This document shows, one piece after another, positions 10,324 through 20,124 of a DNA stretch of 32,000 bases; the first letter of the stretch is position 1; each line of letters begins with the position of its first letter. The translations under genes and the position numbers were made by a program. Source of the stretch: Candidatus Saccharimonadota bacterium (GTDB lineage: Bacteria > Patescibacteriota > Gracilibacteria > Absconditabacterales > Absconditicoccaceae); contig OZ246420.1 of assembly GCA_965231145.1 (NCBI GenBank), forward strand, positions 780,001 to 812,000. Direction: 5' to 3'. The notes below the pieces were generated by a model. It did no database searches, was not told where the DNA came from, and worked only from the letters and a program-made list of their open reading frames with translations.

Positions 10324-10360
10324 TAGATAGAGATAGAGGCTGTACCTATGTCTCTGTCTA
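10324..10360 (+). repeat. hairpin with 7-nt periodic arms (locus I, SBP-gatB spacer), likely a terminator/insulator
   Basis: TAGATAGAGATAGAGG ctgta CCTATGTCTCTGTCTA pairs at 13/16 Watson-Crick positions plus two U.G pairs on the + strand RNA. TAG occurs at 10311, 10317, 10324, 10328 and 10334, closing all three frames. Confidence 0.65.
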
Positions 10361-10408
10361 GCATCTATATCTTGAAATAGGTGTTTTATTGTTTCCTCTT
10401 TTATAAGA

Positions 10409-11842
10409 ATGTACGAATACGTCATCGGTCTCGAGGTGCATATCAAGCTGAAAACTGCGACAAAAATCTTCTGTAAATGTGCTAATGAACAGAATTTTAC
10501 GGAACTTGCAGTGAACACACATATTTGTCCTGTATGCACATGACAGCCATGAGCACTTCCGCTTCTCTCTCAGGAAGTTGTACAAAAAGCAATTTCACTT
10601 GGTACGCTACTAAATTGTACGATCAATACTCGCTCTGGATTTGAAAGAAAATCATATTTTTATCCAGATCTTCCGATGGGCTACCAGATCACACAGCTCA
10701 CGCGTCCACTCAATGTTGACGGAAAGATACATTTCTTTATGTCAGACATTTCGACGGAAAAAACTATCAGAATCCAACAAGCACATATAGAGTGTGATGC
10801 AGGAAAAACCATCCATGAAAACGGATATGGCATCATTGATTTTAACCGCGCATGAACTCCCCTCGTTGAGATTGTTACTTATCCTGATTTTTCGTCTGAC
10901 GACGAAGTTGCAGAATTTCTCAAAGAACTGCAACGTAGTTTATGGTACAATGATATTTCTGATGCAGATCTGGAGAAATGACAAATGCGCTGTGACGTTA
11001 ATATCTCTGTGAGAAAACAATGAGAGACAAAGCTTGGAACAAAAGTAGAGATAAAAAACATGAACTCATTTAGCGCGATCAAGAGAGCAATCTCCCATGA
11101 GTTTGAAAGACATAGCGCGCTTCTGAGCGAAGGAAAAACTATCGAACAGGAAACAAGAGGATGGGACGATATCAAAAAGATTTCATACCCTATGAGATCG
11201 AAAGCAGACGCGCTCGATTATCGTTATTTTCCAGAGCCAGATCTTCCAACACTGCATATAGATGAAGCCCTTATCTATGAAGCAAAAGCAAATCTTGTTG
11301 GTTCAACTTATGAGAAGATGAAACGCTACAAAGATGAGTACGGATTTAACAAGGAATATATCAATGGACTAATCGGTTATAAAGATATCAATACTCTCTT
11401 CGAACAATTGGTTGCACAATGATTTGATCCGAAGCTCGTTGCTAAGTATATTGTAGGCTTTGTCCTCAAATCTATCAATGAGTCAAATCTCGACATCCAG
11501 TCTACAGGATTTGATAACAAAGAGTTTGAGAGCTTCCTAATACATATTGCGGAAAAAAAGCTTTCTGAGCACCATGCAAAGACAGTAATCAATATATGGC
11601 TGAAAGATGGAGGCACAATTGAAAACATTATTAGTACCCATGGCTTTGACCAAATAGAAGAATTCGATGTGAATGCGCTTGCAGAAGAGATTGTAAAAAA
11701 CAATCCTGCCGCAGTAGATGAATACAAGAAAGGCAAGCTCAATGCAGTTGGCTTTCTCGTCGGCCAGGCTATGAAAGCCTCAGGAGGTAAAGCCGCTCCC
11801 CAAGAGATGAAAACAGCAATTGAAAATATATTGAATGGTTAA
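10409..11842 (+). CDS. gatB: Asp-tRNA(Asn)/Glu-tRNA(Gln) amidotransferase subunit B
   Basis: ATG 10409 to TAA 11840-11842 (477 aa). Motifs include [26 protein letters not shown] (both Gly are TGA, at 10541 and 10550), [24 protein letters not shown] and [18 protein letters not shown]. There are six in-frame TGAs. Confidence 0.93.
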
Positions 11843-11849
11843 ATGTTCC

Positions 11850-11886
11850 ATATTGTAGGGACAGGACCTGCCTGCAGTAGGCAGGT
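11850..11886 (+). repeat. REP-like element: ATATTGTAGGGAC followed by a short GC hairpin (R1)
   Basis: GTAG lies at 11855-11858. The stem is ACCTGCC (11866-72) / GGCAGGT (11880-86). The element starts 7 nt after the gatB stop. Confidence 0.6.
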
Positions 11887-11916
11887 TAATACTGTTCTTC
11901 CCGTATATAATGTACA

Positions 11917-11945
11917 AGAAAACCACCCGTCTGGGTGGTTTTCTT
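11917..11945. terminator. bidirectional rho-independent terminator between convergent genes
   Basis: agAAAACCACCCgtctGGGTGGTTTTct. It is followed by a second small hairpin, GACGCgaaaGCGTC (11949-11962). Confidence 0.8.
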
Positions 11946-11986
11946 GTAGACGCGAAAGCGTCCGATGAAATATGAATGAGATTTTT

Positions 11987-13654
11987 TTAGAGCAATGTTG
12001 TTGAAATATTTGTGTCGATGATGATGAATGGATTGTATTTAAATCTGTCGTTAGGAATATTACATGCTACGCCATCCACACCAACTCCGCTGAGCTCACA
12101 CTCCCACGTAAAGACATTGTTGAAGTTGATACAGTTTTTTGTCGAACAGTAATTAGTGCTTATAGAGGTTCCAAAGGTTGTATATGTGTTATTGAAGAGA
12201 TTTTGGATTTGCGACTTTCTTTCATTAGTTGGCTCAAGACCTGTGTTAAGCGAGGCAAATCTTCCATGAACAAATACCTTATGCCCAATAGGGTCACCAT
12301 TAAATCCGAAGATCAATCCATTTACAAAGATATTTCCTCTGAGATATGCAGCCTTAGTACATGTGGTCTGGCTCATGCATGAAGGAGTACCATCACCAAG
12401 GTTTCCGTTTTTATCAAAGTACACATCTGGTGTTGTATCCTGCATAATAATATTCCCTCTATCTACAAATAGGTTGAGGGTGATATCTGTAGCCTGTGGC
12501 ATAGTTCATTGAAGGATAACATTTTTACCATAGACCACAATTGTTTTTCCAAGGTAGGTAGCGGTATTAGCAAGATCAATAACTACAGGATCCGCATCGC
12601 TGAACTCTGTTGAACTTGTCCCAATACATACCGTACTAGAAGAAGCTGCTCCACCTCCACCAGCAGCTCCAAGCCACGAGCTTTCATCATAGACTTGCTT
12701 TCATCTACAGAGTGTTGATGTGTTTCTCTTGAGCTGATTGATATTATTTGAGATGTTCATCTTATCTGAAACGATAATCGATGATCATTTATTTGGATTA
12801 CCAAGGATAGATCTTCTATCGTCTTCGTTCAGTCCTCATTTAGAAAGAAGTACATTTCCAAGGACAGCAATACGCCAAAGCGTATCAAGCCCAGCACTCA
12901 ATGAGCCGGAAAGAGTATAGTCTCCTATATCCGTATGAGCTACGAGTATGGTATTTGAACCACTTGCAAACGAGAAGATACGATCAATATGATCTCATGA
13001 ATTAAGACTATTGACGATGGATTCGTGAGCATTGACATCAAGCACACCACCGATAAATCCAAGTCCTGCGATATTATCATAGAAATATCCCAATGGCGTC
13101 TGATTATTGAAATATTGAACGCTACTTACCAATGGCCCTCCTGAAATAAGTTCATTATTACTTACCGTATATCTTCTTCCCATACTCAGAGAAAACTCTT
13201 TTCCTCTCCATGTATATTTGATCTGTCCATAGATACTATAGAGTTCTAGGTTTCCTGAGCTTGAAGGATTTGCACACGAAGTATACAAAGCCCCAGTCAT
13301 ATCCAGTTCATCATATGAAGCATCAATAGCAGAAAGTCCATCGAGAGTTTGCTGGTCCAATGGCCACAGCCTATTACCCCATGCATTGCTATAGTAAAGC
13401 CCTCTCAGTTTTTTTGTACAGTATCTTGTATCTCCATCAAGTGTTACCACTACGCTAGGAAGCACTTGTACAGTTGGAAGCCAAAAAAATGAACCAGCAT
13501 AGTCATTTCATGGAGTGAAAAAATGTGCATCAGCAAACTTGTCTTTTATAGGATCGCCAGCTCCAAACGCAGGAAACGAAAAATCAAGTGCTGAAGCAGC
13601 TCATACGACCATACTTATAGCCACAAGAGCACACCCAAGAATTTTCTTATACAT
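11987..13654 (-). CDS. large secreted protein of unknown function (signal peptide, Cys-containing, Asn/Gly-rich)
   Basis: ATG 13654 to TAA 11987-11989 (555 aa). It fuses ORFs 12995-13465 and 11987-12502 with the linking parts across TGAs. The N-terminus MYKKILGCALVAISMVVGAASA|LDF looks like a signal peptide. Confidence 0.7.
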
Positions 13655-13732
13655 GTATCATTTTGTATCAGAAGGTAAATATAGTTCTTCTTATAGTCAA
13701 AGTATCTTCTTTAATCAATACCAGCTCTCATA

Positions 13733-14398
13733 TTATTCCAATCCTAAATATTTCAAAATCTCTCTTATTACATCATCGTTACTTCATTGTGAATTGTGAT
13801 CTTCTTCGACAGACAAGTCTGTGCTTTGTGAATGAGTAAATATGTTCTCCAGATATCCCTGTACAATAAGTCTTTGAGATTGGCTTTGGTCAATCCCTTT
13901 TGCCATCATATAAAAAAGTTTGTTTTCATCAAGACGATCTATCTTTGCACTATGGCTTGCACTGACATCCGATGAACGAACATCGAGCATGGGTAATGTT
14001 TTGATCTTTATCTTTTTTCCCAGTATCACATTGTCTTCTAACAGATGTCCTGACGTCTTTACCACATCAGGAGCAATAGTTACTCCTCCATCTACCTGAC
14101 ACTCTCCTTTCTCTCATAGGAGTGACAATAAATACACATTCGCCGAGCTATGATCTGCCTGCAAATGAGCTTGTACATTCGCCGTTGTCTTTTCCCCATT
14201 TTTTGAAAGAAATATACATGAGATGTCCGCCTTACTCTGTTTTCATGTCGTCACAATATCTATAGCCACATCAGCACGACGAGCAATGAGCACGTAGCGA
14301 AAATTCGCATTTCCAGTAAGCAGAAATTTCTTTGCTACCGTAGCATCTTGTATTTCCTCTATGATGATTTTTTCTCCTGAAATTTCTATTTCCTGCAT
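13733..14398 (-). CDS. sufD: SufB/SufD-family Fe-S cluster assembly protein (short, SufD-like)
   Basis: ATG 14398 to TAA 13733-13735 (221 aa) across TGAs including 13784. The sequence DVRSSDVSASHSAKIDRLDENKLFYMMAKGIDQSQSQRLIVQGYL matches the SufBD C-terminal core. Confidence 0.7.
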
Positions 14399-14431
14399 GT
14401 TTGCATCTTATTTTGAATTATAAATGAGCAA

Positions 14432-14504
14432 CTAAAATCTAAAGACCAAAACCTAAAAACTTTTTATTAGAAACATTTTTAGTCTTATGTTTTCAGTTTT
14501 AAGG
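14432..14504. repeat. AT-rich inverted heptad arrays (locus C, spacer upstream of sufD-like)
   Basis: The left side is CTAAAAT CTAAAGA CCAAAAC CTAAAAA C and the right side is ATTTTTAG TCTTATG TTTTCAG TTTTAAG. Complementarity is only about 20/29. Confidence 0.5.
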
Positions 14505-14507
14505 TTA

Positions 14508-14915
14508 TTAGTCAATGCGTGTAAATCTGGATATTAATTGTTCATTTTTTAATACATTGCCAACAAAGTCAGCTGTTGATCTCACGATAACCGAAACATG
14601 AGGTGGGAAACCTTCAATAGTATACAATGGCTTATAGATAATAACTTCTTCATTTTCGGTAAATGTATCTACCTGCATAATACCAACATCTTTTGTCTTA
14701 TACTCTACTCATTGGTATTGTAATGCTTTTCACATATTTTCTCTGGCACTCATGACGATTAGTCATGACAATCATAGTAACGGCTCGCATACAATAACTT
14801 CACTCATATCTTCAGGCTGAGAGCCAATAAAATGAGCTTTATTGACAATCTCATAGGTATGATCTGCTCACCCAACGGATTTATAGTGCCTGTATTTTTC
14901 TCCGACATTCACCAT
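14508..14915 (-). CDS. hypothetical protein with a DUF1653-like N-terminus
   Basis: ATG 14915 to TAA 14508-14510 (135 aa) with five in-frame TGAs. It is absent from the standard-code ORF track. GEKYRHYKS....YEIV..A resembles the DUF1653 YRHYKG motif, recalled from memory only. Confidence 0.55.
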
Positions 14916-15051
14916 TAAGTACGCCGACAAAGGCTAAATGTTGCCTTTTTACGACTTTTTGACTGTTTTACAATGAAAAAACATGTCACATTTTACAGGA
15001 GAATCCGTATATAAGATACACAAGAACTATTTTATCACTTTACTCATAGTT

Positions 15052-15999
15052 ATGAAAAAACTTATCGCAATAGCGTCAATGGCTATACTTGGCGTTGCAT
15101 CTGTTAGCTCAACACTTGCTGCATCACCTGAACCTATTTCTTCTGTAGATCTTATCACATGGTGACATGCCAATGGTATCACAAAATTTGATACATGGGC
15201 TGCGTTCAATGCTACAGCTCCCGTCACAAGAGAGCAAGCAGCAAAGATGATCACAACATGGATAGGCTTACATCACGAGCTTAACTGGGGTATGTCATCA
15301 GAAACATGTACATTTAACGATACAGGAAGCATAGACTCGACACTTGTATACAGTGCAGACTCAGCATGTGCATACGGACTTTTCAAGGGATACAAAGGAT
15401 CTTTTCTTCCAAAGAACTATATTACGAAAGAAGATGTGACAACTCTTATCACAAGAGCCGCTGGGAAACTTCCGACATATACTCATCATACTAACAACAT
15501 CCCTCATATTGCAGGATGGCATCTTACAAGAGGAGAACTCCTCAATGCACTCTATCATATCAACGCGATCGTAGAATGACAGATTGCAATTGAGAAAGAT
15601 GCGATGTTATCAGCAGCAGAAGCTAACATGAACAAAGCAAAACAGCTCTGGGACAGCAAAAATATCAACCACTACATGGTCAAACAACAGCATAGTTGTT
15701 TCTGCACACCAAACAGCACTCATCCTGTACAGTTTGAAGTGAAGAATGATGCAGTAGTGACAGGATCACTTGAGGATATATCTGAAACAGACAAGATCCC
15801 TGCAAGCCAGCTTACGATAGATCCTATGACAGTAGAAAAGGCATTTGTTTTCATCCAGGATGCTATAGACAGAAAAGCGGATAACATCACCGTAGAATAT
15901 GATGCAAAGCTTGGAAATCCTACGAAAATAAATATTGATTACAGCACAATGATGGCTGATGAAGAAGCTTACTACACGTATAGCGTGACTGAGCTTTAG
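15052..15999 (+). CDS. secreted protein with two SLH-like repeats and a Cys-containing C-terminal domain
   Basis: ATG 15052 (MKKLIAIASMAILGVASVSSTLAASPEP) to TAG 15997-15999 (315 aa). It fuses three frame-1 ORFs across TGA 15163 and 15577. The SLH-like segments are ..GITKFDTWAAFNATAPVTREQAAKMI.. and ..YGLFKGYKGSFLPKNYITKEDVTTLITRA.. Confidence 0.7.
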
Positions 16000-16025
16000 T
16001 ACTCATAGGCACGACCTCACAATAA

Positions 16026-16053
16026 GAAAAAAGAGCCTTTCGGCTCTTTTTTT
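16026..16053. terminator. bidirectional rho-independent terminator
   Basis: aaaaaAAGAGCCtttcGGCTCTTttttt lies between convergent genes. Confidence 0.85.
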
Positions 16054-16057
16054 AGTA

Positions 16058-16465
16058 TTATTGTACTTCTATTTCTAAAGGTAGTTGCAATGCGTCGGCT
16101 AACTCTTTACTATATTGCATAAACAAGCTTCTATGACACAAATGTTTTTCTTCCGTACCTTCCATACATAATACAGTAATATTTTCATGGAGCGCTCTTT
16201 GGATGAGGGCTATGACCTTTTCTCTTTGTGTCGTGATATATGTGACATACTCAGATGCTAATTGTTCAAATGGGATTTCCTTTCTTCTATATGCTCCTAT
16301 GACTTTGGGAGGCACAGCAAACTCCTTCATATGTTCATCATACAAATCAGCAGTCAACCTTGGATCTGGTGTCACTCCATCATTTAATGTATGACGAGAC
16401 ATGATGGAAATTCTTGTCCCATCGCTTTCTTCTTTTGGAGCTAATATGGATTTACTTTTGAGCAT
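16058..16465 (-). CDS. DUF488-family protein
   Basis: Intact 135-aa ORF with no TGA. Its length and pattern (..GTRISIMSRHTL........DEHMKEFAVP...) resemble DUF488/YeaO-like proteins. The assignment is from memory only. Confidence 0.55.
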   Translation of the reverse strand: MLKSKSILAPKEESDGTRISIMSRHTLNDGVTPDPRLTADLYDEHMKEFAVPPKVIGAYRRKEIPFEQLASEYVTYITTQREKVIALIQRALHENITVLCMEGTEEKHLCHRSLFMQYSKELADALQLPLEIEVQ

Positions 16466-16494
16466 CCTACGACCAATGGACTAAATGATAATTT

Positions 16495-16522
16495 ATTATA
16501 TAGTTCAAAGATGCTTTTACAA
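16495..16522 (-). promoter_or_regulatory. putative promoter for the DUF488 gene
   Basis: On the minus strand: TTGTAA (16522-16517), 16 nt, TATAAT (16500-16495). Confidence 0.4.
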
Positions 16523-16560
16523 TAAAAAACTCATTAGTATCCAATGCAAATACTATAAAA

Positions 16561-16589
16561 GACGCATTAATAATGCGTCCCTACAATAT
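16561..16589 (-). repeat. REP-like element: ATATTGTAGGGAC + hairpin GACGCATTA-T-TAATGCGTC (R2)
   Basis: The + strand reads GACGCATTAaTAATGCGTC CCTAC AATAT. On the minus strand the same 13-mer as R1 (ATATTGTAGGGAC) starts 7 nt after the stop of the 16597-16977 gene. Confidence 0.65.
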
Positions 16590-16596
16590 TGCATAT

Positions 16597-16977
16597 TTAT
16601 ATTCTCACCGTCGTCCAACTCACTCTTTTCTGGTCGATTGCATTTTTTATCATGGTTTCATTTTTATTTAACTGGCTAGTGCCAGTCTTTATCTCGATAA
16701 AGGCGATTTCGCGGACCTGACCTTCACTCAATCCGTCAAAAGCAATGTAGTCTACTCCTTTGCCCAAAAATACCAGATCTTTGTAATTATAGGGAAAGTT
16801 TGGGAGCAAAGGAGCGATCTTCTCGCTGACATAGCCTAAAGTAACAGCGCGAGACTTAGCAACAGCATCTTTACGATGTCATCTCGTCGCCTGCCAAAAT
16901 ACCAATTTTGCCATAAGATATCCTATGATCACACCAACGATAATTCCTATGATAATATAGCCCATATTTGTTGACAT
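16597..16977 (-). CDS. membrane-anchored endonuclease-like protein (archaeal Holliday-junction-resolvase-related, COG4741-like)
   Basis: ATG 16977 to TAA 16597-16599 (126 aa) with one TGA. It has an N-terminal TM helix (MGYIIIGIIVGVIIGYLMA), then ..VDYIAFDGLSEGQVREIAFIEIKTGTSQL.. Confidence 0.5.
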
Positions 16978-17121
16978 ATTGCTTGAAATGAGTCGTTAAA
17001 TACTTACATATAATGGTATGCATTACTTTTTCAACCTACGATTGGCTACATCCTCCAGCAACTAATTTCTGTGGATATTAGATTTTTGTGGTTCAATTTT
17101 TAACTCGTATACTCATACAGC

Positions 17122-18393
17122 ATGTTAGACCCTAGATATATCAGAGAAAATCTCGATCTTATAAAACAAGTATGTAAGGATAAAAATAGCAAACCAGACC
17201 TCGATGGATTTGCAGCATTATACGATGAAGTAAAAGCTCTTCAGCAGCAAGAACAAGAATTAAACACACAGAAAAATGCTGCAGCAAAAGAGCAAAATGC
17301 TGAACTTGGAAAGCAGATCAAAGAAAAGATGCAGGCACTTGCAGAGATTCTTCCTGCAAAGCAAAAAGCACTCAATGAAATTCTCTGGAAGATACCAAAC
17401 ACCTACTCTGCTGATACTCCGCTCGGTGCAGATGACAGCGAAAATCAGGTGCTTCGCACCTGGGGAACGCCGAAGAAGTTCCCATTTGCGGTGAAAGACC
17501 ACGTTGAGCTTGGAACAGCACTCGATATATTAGATTTTGAAAGTGCGTGAAAAATATCAGGAAGTAGATTTGTCTTTTTGAAAAACAATCTCGTAAAACT
17601 CCAGTTTGCGCTTATTCAGCGGGTTATGGATACACTGACAAATCAGGAGGTTATCGATGAGATCATCAAGAAAAATAATCTGAAAGTAAAAAATACGCCG
17701 TTCAGCCTCGTGTTACCGCCATTTTTCATGAAAATGGAAGTCATGGATAAGATGGGAAGACTCAATCCAAAAGATGAGAGATACTGCTATGAAGAAGATG
17801 GAATTGTATTAAATGGTTCTGCAGAACATGTGCTCTGACCATTACAGATGGATAATATGATTGCTGAAGCAGAGCTTCCGATAAGATATCTTGGCTACTC
17901 TACTGCATTTAGAAGAGAGGCTGGAAGTTATGGTAAAGATACGAAAGGTATGATAAGAATGCATCAGTTTGATAAACTGGAAATGGAAAGTTTTTGCTTA
18001 CCGGAAGATGGACAAGCAGAACAGGATTTCATGATCGCCATCCAGGAGTATATGATGCAGCAGTTAGAGATACCATATCATGTGTTGATCTGCTGTACAG
18101 GAGACATGGGAGATTGTGATTATCGTCATATCGATATTGAAGCATGGATTCCAAGTCAGGAGAAATATCGCGAGACACACAGCGGTGACTATATGACAGA
18201 CTATCAGGCAAGAAGAATGAACATTAGATATAAGAAAGCTGACGGAGAAAAAGGCTATGTGCACATGAATGATGCAACTGCTTTTGCGTTGAGTAGAACA
18301 CTCGTAGCAATCCTCGAAAACAATCAGCAGGAAGATGGTTCTATCACTGTACCAAAGGTGTTACAAAAGTGGGTTGGAAGCGACAAGCTTTAA
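17122..18393 (+). CDS. serS: seryl-tRNA synthetase
   Basis: Three frame-1 ORFs are joined across TGA 17548 and 17836 (423 aa). It has an N-terminal coiled-coil arm and class II motifs (..FRREAGSYGKDTKGMIRMHQFDKLE.., ..NDATAFALSRTLVAILENNQ..). Confidence 0.93.
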
Positions 18394-18412
18394 ATTATAA
18401 AACATCTTAATA

Positions 18413-19090
18413 ATGACTTACTGCCAAGTATACATATATTGGGGATGTTCTTTTTTCGATAGTAATCTTTTTCAAACTATAGTAACAATTATAGTTTGAT
18501 TAATTGCGGGTTTAATTACATATAAAATTTATAAAAATCAAATCAAAGACAATAAAGAATCGTATGCTCAGCTGCTATATCTATACATCCAAAATATAGA
18601 AAACATTGCGAATACTATCAAAAGAATTGTTCCTTTAGGAATTCCATCATTAGTTGAATTAGATCAAATTAATATAGAATATGATGATATAGAATTTAAT
18701 AAAATAAAATCACAATTTATAAAAGACCTATCTTATCAAGAAATGACAACGTTAGAGAATTTTTTTGATAAATTCAAAACTATGCAACAACGAGTGATGA
18801 GATATAAAGATATTTCTCGGAAATGGCAGGAAGAAAGAGCTTATGAATTACAGAAAAAATTAATAGAACTAGCCGACAGACACTTAAACAATGATTCCAC
18901 ACAAACCCTAGAAGCTCGTATATTAAGTTATCAAACAGAAAAAACCGCGATTACTGACTTGATACATAATGAGAATTATTGGTACTATTCGATGCATATT
19001 GGTCGCGATCTTTTAAATGCTGCAAACCAGATGCCACCCATTATTAATACTCCATTGGGAGAAAAAATTAAAAAAATTGCAAAAATTTAA
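18413..19090 (+). CDS. hypothetical membrane-anchored protein (very AT-rich gene)
   Basis: The frame of ORF 18743-19090 is open back to ATG 18413 when TGA 18497-18499 is read as Gly inside a TM helix (LFQTIVTIIVGLIAGLITY). 225 aa, no family recognised. The start is uncertain. Confidence 0.5.
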
Positions 19091-19095
19091 TTATA

Positions 19096-19803
19096 ATGGA
19101 TACCATGCAGCAGCACATTACTTTTAAGGCGTGAAATGAGACATTGGCAGCGCTCATCTATAAGCAACATGAGGAAGATATTCCTACTGCCCTTTTTCTG
19201 CATGGTGCAAGTACGGCGATGAAAGATAGGATCAAGTATTTTGCTGAGGAGTTTGTCGAAAGAGATATGCCCCTTATGGCGATAGATTTTTCGGGACATG
19301 GTGAAAGCACAGGAAAACTCAATGAATCGAGCCTCCAGAAAAGAATCCATGAAGCGCATGCAGCCATGGAATTTTTGGATCCGGAGAAAAAGCTGACGAT
19401 TATTGGATCGAGCATGGGAGGACATATTGCCCTGGAGATGTTGAAGACGTGAAGAGTGGAAACACTTATCCTCTTTTGTCCTGCGGTCTATTCGGATGAA
19501 TCTATTCCTCTACAGTTTGATAGCTGATTTACTGAAGCCATCAGAAAAGAAAACAGCTGGGAAAGTTCATCACTTTTTGATGAGTTACAAAAATTCACCG
19601 GAAGACTCTTTATCATCATCTGAGACCAAGATAGCGTCATACCTCATGGAGTTCTTACGAAGCTTGTAGCTTCAGCGACTAAAGCCAAGCAAAAAGAACT
19701 TATCTTCGTGCCATGAGCATCGCACGCTATCCATAGTTATTTGGAAAGCCATCCGGAAGATTTTGCTCGCGTCAGAGAAAAAATATTTGCGCATATAGAT
19801 TAG
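19096..19803 (+). CDS. alpha/beta-fold hydrolase
   Basis: ATG 19096 to TAG 19801-19803 (235 aa) with several in-frame TGAs. It has the LFLHGAS oxyanion region, the nucleophile elbow GSSMGG and a C-terminal ..ASHAIH.. His. Confidence 0.7.
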
Positions 19804-19842
19804 TGTCATCATACACACATACTTTTATATTTACCTATCACC

Positions 19843-20037
19843 ATGCAAAAACTCAATTTCGAACAAGCATATCTTCGCCTCAAAGAGATTCATGAGATGT
19901 TAGAGACAAATGAACTTATGGATATTGAGAAAATCATTGCTCTCCAGAAGGAAGCGAAAGAGCTCTATGAACAATTGGATCATATGCTCAAAAAAGCAGA
20001 AATGATTGACGATGAAGAAAAGAAGGTAAAAAAATAG
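19843..20037 (+). CDS. xseB: exodeoxyribonuclease VII small subunit
   Basis: The 64-aa ORF has the pattern FEQAYLRLKEIHEMLE...L.....ALQKEAKELYEQLDHMLKKAE, typical of XseB. Confidence 0.7.
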   Translation: MQKLNFEQAYLRLKEIHEMLETNELMDIEKIIALQKEAKELYEQLDHMLKKAEMIDDEEKKVKK

Positions 20038-20039
20038 AG

Positions 20040-20059
20040 AGACGTCCCGCGGGACGTCT
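20040..20059. repeat. perfect 20-nt GC-rich palindrome (REP-like, R3), probable xseB terminator
   Basis: AGACGTCCCG|CGGGACGTCT lies immediately after the xseB TAG. A decayed half-copy (..GGCATGTCTC aatttacaaa) sits at about 20081-20105. Confidence 0.6.
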
Positions 20060-20124
20060 GAAGGTAAATTCATAAGAAATGGCGTCGCGGCATGTCTCAA
20101 TTTACAAAAATAAAAAACAAAAAA

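Noticed and set aside
17070-17078. A DnaA-box-like TGTGGATAT (8/9) upstream of serS, raising the possibility of an origin.
   Set aside because: It is a single isolated near-match with no cluster of boxes. No dnaA or dnaN gene is nearby, and no AT-rich unwinding element is arranged around it.
16978-17121. A possible T-box leader upstream of serS.
   Set aside because: There is no T-box consensus (AGGGUGGNACCGCG-like) or specifier/antiterminator architecture in the 144-nt leader.
20081-20105. A fourth REP-like element upstream of the RAYT-like gene.
   Set aside because: Only the right half (GGCATGTCTC + flank) is recognisable, and the left half does not pair. It is noted as a possible decayed copy but not called as a feature.
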